A program made the translations under genes and the position numbers. Below the pieces are notes generated by a model. It did no database searches, was not told the origin of the DNA, and worked only from the letters and a program-made list of their open reading frames with translations. A stretch of 64,000 nucleotides of DNA from Mytilus edulis (lineage: Eukaryota): NCBI RefSeq assembly GCF_963676685.1, contig NC_092355.1, positions 81,158,001 to 81,222,000 on the forward strand. The letters are read 5' to 3'. Shown in pieces: positions 54,501 through 63,500 of this stretch; position 1 is the stretch's first letter; each line of letters opens with the position of its first letter.

Positions 54501-57500
54501 TGTAAGTTAATAACCAGAGGTATAGACAGGACCTAGGTAAAACCATGTACATAGATGGGTATGCTCAAACACAGATATTGATGACATCACAGCAAAACAT
54601 GCACGTAAGTCAATAACCTTTCCTGGGCCATTAATAGCTTGCTATATATATAGCTATGTAAGTAAGTAATTTTATTGAAATAAAGTCCAGATATTGAACT
54701 ATCATTAAATGAAGATATACATACATGTGTTTACACAATTGAACAAAATTATCAGACAACAATACAGTGAACACAACAATTAACAATGATTCCACATCGG
54801 AGTTCATGATGATGTAATTTATTTATTCTTAGTTATTTCAAAGAATTTACAGGTTATCTCTCTTATTACACAACAATGAAAATACTTTAATTCAGTAAAA
54901 TGTATGTCTACAGTGAATGATTGGTACATCTTGTTTATATGAATGTGAGACAGTAGTACTTGATAACTCCTCATGTTTATTATTGCAGGTTTGTGTTACT
55001 TAACATCAAACATAAGGGGTTTGCTGAAATGTTCCTTAATTGAGACGTATCAGATAGATTTTATGTTAAACTATTTTATTAATTATTTTTGTGTTTTTGG
55101 AAATGTATTTTGCATTTGCAATCATTTTGTTGATATCCTGAAATGTTCTGTCCATAAGAATACTCATAGAAAAATAAATGTTCTTTTAAAGTCTGTGGGT
55201 ATTTTTTAAAGAAAAAAGAAAATGAGACTTTTTACCTGTAAAACAAATGTAAACTCCTGAGCTTCCTATACAGGTTTGAAATTGTACAGGTATTTCTCTA
55301 TAGTTTAGATACATTATAATCTGTTTTAGGTATACTTCCTAACCCTGCAGTCTAAGATGGTGAATGGTATGAGGATTGTCAATGTCAGAGAGACGTACTG
55401 TATCAGTAATCATACCTCCATTGATCTGTTACTGTCACATCACAGTCTGCAGCCCTGTCCGCAAAAGGTAGCTACTTTTTCCTGTATTGTCTTAGTTGGC
55501 TAAAAAAAAAAAAAAGTATATATTCAATAGGTATATGGAAAGTCATAATTATGATGTGTTTAAAACAAGAAAGAAAATAATCATTACTCATGTTCTAGTA
55601 TCAACCAAACCAGCAAACTCTGATAATAACTTATAAAAAATTGTTATACCTGATCAATAATTGTAATAACTGATCAATGATTGTAATAACTGATCAATGA
55701 TTGTAATAACTGATCAATGATTGTAATACCTGATCAATGATTGTAATACCTGATCAATAATTGTAATAACTGATCAATGATTGTAATACCTGATCAATAA
55801 TTGTAATAACTGATCAATGATTGTAATACCTGATCAATAATTGTAATAACTGATCAATGATTGTAATACATGATCAATGATTGTAATACCTGATTAATAA
55901 TTGTAATTACTGGTCAATAATTGTAATAACTGATAAAAAATTGTAATACCTGATTAATAATTGTAATACCTGATCAATAATTGTAATAACTGATCAATAA
56001 TTGTAATAACTGATCAATGATTGTAATAACTGATCAATGATTGTTACAGGGATGATTCCAGGTGTTTACAAATGGGTCCCTTGAATATCAAATTGGGAAT
56101 TTTTATCCCAATTGGGAATTTTTGATGCATACAATATAAAACGAAATAATATATCATTTTCCTGTAAAAACGGAAAATAAATATTAAGTTAATTTCTTCT
56201 GTACACTGATTGAAGAAATTATTGGATTCAGACCAGGGAAGTTGTAATACATGAATATCATTGCATAGGATGCACTATCATCTTAACTTTGGTAAATGAG
56301 GCCTATATACCACAGGTACGAGCTAACATAAACATTTAGCTATTTATTCGAATTTCAAATTATCTCATAATATATACGATATCTCATATAATATATAAGA
56401 TTTATTTAAGATATCTTAAAGGATATGAAATATCTTATAAATATGTTTTGTATAAGATATTTCATATAGTTTATTGGATATCATATTAGGAAAATTATAT
56501 GAGATATCTTATAAACTACATGACTTTTTGTATAAGACATCTCATAAATTATTTCAGATATCTCGTGAACTATATAAGATATCTTATAAACTTTATAAGA
56601 TATCTTTCAAACTATATCAAATATCTAATGAACTATTATATAAGATATCTTATAAAGTTTATGAGATATCCTGAAGTAAGATTAAATAGCAAAACGGCTT
56701 GCCATATTAACCAGTGAAAAAAGTTTAAATGTATTTCAAATAGAACTGGCCAATTGTTGAATTAAGAAAAGCAATTACAAACGTATATATATATATATGC
56801 TTAATTGATAAGTTAATTAAAGCAATTGAACCAGTGAACTTTAAAATTATTTGGATCATTTTCATATCTTTTGAAACAGTTCCATAATGATGACATTTCA
56901 GGGGGGGGGTCTCATTTCATGAAGGGTCTATCATCAACATTATTTTCAAAAACGCTCAAACTTTTGTCTTTTGCGGAAAAAAGAGCAAAATATAAAATAA
57001 TTTCTTTTACAAAACAAGTTTTAATCAACATAACCGGCTCTGCTGGGCGATCTGCTTTTACCATTCAAATTCATTCATCAATGTTATATAAAATTTGGTC
57101 TTTGCCGAGGTCTGTTTTGACACCCATTTGGACAAAAAGCATATTTTTTATCAACCTGCTGAGCGATCTACTTTTACGAGACCACATACTCTCATAACAT
57201 TTTAACTTCAATTGAATCTGGCCGTTAAAATTGTTTACCTCATGTTGACATAATTAAATCGTTGTTAATAAAATGAGATCATAGTCAACATTTTTATCCG
57301 AATTTTACTATGTTTCAACGACAAACTATGAAAAATTATAGTCGCCGTTATCGGTGACGGAAACTTTGCTGGAAATAACGATTTTTGTTTTATTTTCCTG
57401 AATTGGGAATTTATATTGACAAACATTTTTTGGGGGCCGCTGGCCGATTTAAGGGCCGTTAAGCGGCCCTAAACTACATAGTGGAATCATCCCTGTGTTA

Positions 57501-60500
57501 TAACTGATTAATTAATATAATTACTGATCAATGATTGTAATAACTGATCAAACTGATAAAAAATTGTTATACCTGATTAATAATTGTAATACCTGATCAA
57601 TAATTGTAATACCTGATCAATAATTGTAATAATTGATCAATAATTGTAATACCTGATTAATAATTGTAATAACTGGTCAATAATTGTAATAACTGATTAA
57701 TAATTGTAATACCTGATTATTAATTGTAATAACTGATCAATGATTGTAATACCTGATTAATAATTGTAATACCTGATCAATAATTGTAATAACTGGTCAA
57801 TAACGGTAATAACTGATCAAAAATTGTAATACCTGATTAATAATTGTTATAACTGATCAATAATTGTAATAACTGATCAAGGATTATAATAACTGATCAA
57901 TAATTGTAATAACTGATCAATAATTGTAATAACTGATAAAAAATTATAATAACTGATCAATAATTATAATAACTGATCAATAATTACAATAACTGATAAT
58001 AAATTGTTATAACTGATTAATACTTATATACAAGTATTAGCTAAGCTAGTGGTGGATTTGCTGATCCAGTGTCCCTGCTTTCCACCTAGATTTACGAGAT
58101 TTCAACATTTGTGATAGTAGAAACTGTCATATTCCTGGCTTGGTACAGGCATTTTTATATGTAGAAAATGGTGGATTAAACATGGTTATTGCTAGCTTGA
58201 CATCTCACTTGTATGACAGTTGGCAACTTACAGAAAGTTCCATTATATTGACAACAGCTTGTGAACAAAACAAACAGACATAAAATGTAAAGATGTCAAA
58301 AATAGCAGTAAAGCAGTCAACATTGTGTCATAATTTTAATCACTAGAAACGACCTTTAAAATTCAATAGACCAGCATTGACCTGTATAATCCCCTTGAGG
58401 AGTATTGACTGGAGCAGTCTATTTCTCGATCATATTCAAATTTATATGTGAAGGTTGTTCCACTCAAAGTCATTCTATATTAATATGATTTTTATTTGAT
58501 TTCAGTTTTCTGTAAAATGTTCTGATGATAACATCAGGTATTTACAGTCAAAATCTACTGAAACTACACCACTACCTTCCTGGGCAGGCTACACCATGGA
58601 GGACACATCTAACATTGATATCAGCTTTGTTAACTATGTTATGATTAGACAACAGATAACCAATCAGAATACTGCATCTTCAGATAGATCTAGCACAAAT
58701 GATGATTGGTCATTCCCAGTTAGACTTGTAGCCAATGAAAATCCAGGAAGAGTAACAGTGTCTATTCCAGTTCAGACAGAGACTGTGATGTCACTTCCTC
58801 TATGCATTGTGGGTCAAACAAGGAATGGAGTCAGTTATTTTATAGTGAAAGAAGACAATTCCCCATCATGTTTATTGTATAACTTCACCACTGTACCAAT
58901 AGTCTATGGTTATCAGAATATCTCCATTTCTAGAGCAGGTTTGTATAACTTTACCACTGTACCAATAGTCTATGGTTATCAGAATATCTCCATTTCTAGA
59001 GCAGGTTTGTATAACTTCACCACTGTACCAATAGTCTATGGTTATCAGAATATCTCCATTTCTAGAGCAGGTTTGTATAACTTTACCACTGTACCAATAG
59101 TCTATGGTTATCAGAATATCTCCATTTCTAGAGCAGGTTTGTAGTTTTTTCTGACTTTTTGTTTAATTTTTAAAATGATACGAAAAGCTTATTTGCAGAG
59201 AAGCTTTATCAGAAATATACTTCTTAATTACTAATTTTACTAGGTTTAACCTTGTACGTCTGTCTGTATGTACGTCCCATAATTGGTTTTCATTCTTTAA
59301 CTTTAGTTTGCCTTAACCAAATGTTATGAAACTGGTACACAATGCTAATTACCTTAAAACACAGACCAAGTTTGAAATTTGGTTGCATTATTTAAAGTTA
59401 TGGAAAGAATTCAGTGTTAAAATTCTCAAAAATATCTATTAAAGAAATTGCAAGAATTTGAAATATTTTGTATATTTGTACTTATGTACTTTTACACACC
59501 AATAAATTTAAATAAGTAAAAAGAATCATTTAATTCTCAAGAAAATCTTTTTTTCTAATATAAGTACATTCAACTGTAATCTTATGAAATAGAACATTAT
59601 ACATGGAACTTTCATTCACAAATTTTTGTTTACAGGGTACACAACACAAGAGGAAGCTGAACTGACAGATATTTTACCCACAATTCCCCCAAATCAACAT
59701 GTGTTCTATACACCTTCCTCAACAAACCGTCAATTTTTATTATCCATTGGTGACTCAGGTTTACCAAAGATTCATGTGGGTGTTCAGCAAGCTTTGGAAA
59801 CTGATGAATCAAATACAGAGAGTAAACACTCAAGTGACCAAGATTCAGGGGTGTCATGGAGTGACCCTCTGGATGTTAATGAAGAAATGGAGAGATTTAT
59901 CTCAATCCCTAACAATATGAACTTGAAAATCAAGGTCATTAAGGTTTCCATGGTGACTCATGTTGTTATAAATGCAGCAAACAAAGCTGAAGTTTCTGCA
60001 AAGGAAATAAGGAATAAAATTGGCAAGGTGACAACAATGGAAAGTCATCCCTCATCAGACGATACCAATGTCAGCATCAGAGAGTATGATGTGTGTGTTC
60101 CTAAACAAGATGTGTTCATACACTCCAATTCAATCACTAGAAACTTAGAATTGTATATTAGTTTACACTTTCATCACTTATGTCTGATCCTACAGGATGA
60201 AACCAGTTCAAACAATGAAATCACAGAGATAATCCGTGTGTCATGTGACCATCTATTTTTAGCACATTATCCATTAATTGAAGGCTTTGATGATGATAGT
60301 CCAAGTCATGATTGCTATTCAATATCAGCAGAAAACCTTCAAGTTGATAATCAGTTGTATACTACCAAAGGGCTTTATGACTTTCCTGTAATTTTTGCAC
60401 GTCAGGAACTTAAATCTAAAGACAAGGATTTCCTTGTAGAATTCCATTCCATGAACCTGTCAGAAAAGTTAGCTGTGATAAAATCCAGAAGTTTTGCTCA

Positions 60501-63500
60501 CATTCAAGTTGTCATGGAAACTGATTGTTTGAGTCACTCATTAGTTAAAAGTGTTGAGATTGCTATGGAACCAGTCATAGGCAATATAGATGATAGATTT
60601 GTGTATCGAATGTTAGAGGAAGTGGAAAAACTTCTACCAACTTCTCTGCAAGACAACAAGAAAGGTCTAAAAGAAATAACCAGACTACCACAAGCTTTAA
60701 AAGTGATGTCACATGGTCTAAGTTCACCAATCAGAATAGAGCATTTGGTGATACATCCCTGTTCTTTACTGATTAGTGTGCATGCCTCATTGAAGGTATT
60801 TATAGCGTCTGACAAGACTCCGCTGTCCTTTGGGAAGTTTGAGAAAAAGAATGTGAACTCTACAGCCCACCAGCTGACTCGCGTACTAGCCATGCATTAT
60901 GCTTCTGGTGCCTTGTTTAGAGCAGGTTATTATATAAATATGCTAATATGATTTGACAATCCAAGTTTTAGTATATTTACTCTTAAGTAATGTAAAGAGA
61001 GGTGAAAGATACTAAAGAGAGAGTCAAACTCATAAGTTGACAACAAACTCAACATTTCATGACAAAAAAACGCAAAACACCTAAAAGAATAACAACAGTA
61101 CACAAAACACAACCAGTACCAAGGAAATGAAAGACTTAGCAACTTCAAAACATACACCATGGGGTGATCTCAGGTGATCTGGGGGTGATCTCGGGTGATC
61201 AGGGGGTGATCTCAGGTGATCTGGGGGTAATCTCGGGTGATCAGGGGGGGATCTCAGGTGATCTGGGGGTGATCTCGGGTGATCAGGGGGGATCTCGGGT
61301 GATCTGGGGGTGATCTCGGGTGATCAGGGGGGATCTCGGGTGATCAGGGGGTGATCTCAGGTGATCTGAGGGTGATCTCAGGTGAATGAGGTGATCTGGG
61401 GGTGATCTCAGGTGATTATTGATAGTTAGCAGATCCTCCTAAAAGATACTGTTACTGTTCACTATAGTAGTTTATATTTTTCGTAGATTACCGTAGTTAT
61501 AAAACTTTCCCACTAAACATTTAGTACACGACAACAATGATGTTTATAAACTCTACATATCTTTTCCAAATCTTTTTAACAGGTAAAAACAGCATTTGTG
61601 TATTTGTTACATTGTGACTGTATATTGAGATGGCATGTATTGAGATTGAAATTCAAAGATATATGAAGTCTAACTGCACAAAATCCAAGTTTTAACAATA
61701 AAATTGAGAATGGAAATGGGGAATGTATCAAAGAGACAATAACCAGACCATAGAAAAAACAACAGCAGAAGGTCACCAACAGGTCTTCAATGTAACGAGA
61801 AAATAACGCACCCGGAGGCGTCCTTCAGCTGGCCCCTAAACAAATATATACTAGTTCAGTGAATAACGTTTATTTTCCTGGGTACCAATTGTGGTTGGAT
61901 CTTTAGAATTTTTATATTATAGATGGTATGATAGTTGAAGGTGACTAATTTGACTTATTATTTTGACAGGTATTGTGGTTGGATCTTTGGAGATATTGGG
62001 GAACCCCACAGGGTTAGTCAGATCTATAGGCTCTGGTGTAGCAGACTTAGTACGATTACCCTATGGTGGCCTCACACAAGGACCAGGAGCATTTGTATCT
62101 GGGGTATCATCAGGGATGTCTTCCTTTGTCAGGAATATTTCTTCAGGTAATCAGTATTAATTAATTAGAGCCCCACCGAATGGAGGGTCTCCCTATAATG
62201 ATCAGTCTGTCCGTCCTTAACAAATTGTGTCCACACTATATTTAGAGAACCCTTATGATTGCATACTTAATACTTGACATGTATATTAAACAACACCAGA
62301 GGGTGGGTCATACTGTTTGTACAACTCTCTAGGTCAAAGATAGGTCAAGGTAAAAAAACTTTGGTTTCTGTGGACAACCCATTGTCCAATGGTAAAGATC
62401 TTGTCCGCTCTATTTCTTGAGAACCTTTCTGATATCAAAGTATATACTTGACATGTATAATTAAATAATTATGTATGTACAACGTCCTAAGTCCAAGGTC
62501 AAAAACTTTGGTTACAGTTGACAAATTACAACTTCATGTCCTAAGGTAAAGATACAATTGTTTTATACTCCACATTATTCACAGCGGGGCCACAGAGATG
62601 GCTCCCAGGAATATTTGTCTGCTCAATTATTTTTCAGGAATGTTGACCTCTATTAAATTATTTTTCAGGAATGCTGACCTCTGTTACAAACTTTGCCTCG
62701 AGTGTTTCCCGTAACATGGAACGACTATCAATGGACGACACACATAGAGAAAGACAGGAAGAAAGAAGGAGACAACATCCAGAGGGGTTGACTAGCGGAC
62801 TTAAAAATGGTCTAACAGGATTTGGAATGAGTCTTTTAGGTAGGTATATACATTTTGTACTAAAACATCAACTTATTTATTTGTATCTGGTTCAGGGGAG
62901 TGAGAAACATGGTCTAACCGGATTTTGGAATGAGTCTCTAAGGTCAGTATATTCTGAAGCATCAACTTATTTATTATACCCCCGCTTTCAAATTTTTTTT
63001 TACCTCTGTCTGTCCATCCATCCATCTGTCATTCTGTCCTTCCCAAGAATATTTTTTCACATTTCTCTGGAACTACATTAAAAGAATTTCTGAAATTTGG
63101 TTTCAGGGTTTATATAAGTCAGTTATACTGTGTGATGCGTTTTCAGATTCATCACTAAACAACTTTCTATTTACTGAATACTTGTATCATTTTACACATG
63201 ATAGCCAAGTTGAAAATTTCTCCACATTTTTCTCAGGAACTACAATACAAGGATTTCTGAATTTTGTTTCGGGGTTTATATAAGTCAGTTATACCGTGTG
63301 ATGGGTTTTCAGATTCATCAGTCAGAAACTTTCTGTTTACCTAAATATTTCGTCAGGGGCATCATCAGTGAGCAGTAGCTCACAGTTTAACTTTTTTATT
63401 TATGGTCTAGTGACTGATAAAAAGTTGTCATGTTCTGCTGAATTAGAGCTCATGAGTACGAAGCATTAAACTACTTCTATGTCTCCTTTTTAATAAAGAC

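Noticed and set aside
12296-60893. Antisense ORFs over exons and retroelement ORFs (12296-12691, 22309-22548, 23359-23577, 31755-32162, 44260-44571, 60534-60893)
   Set aside because: Shadows of + strand coding sequence with no independent motifs.
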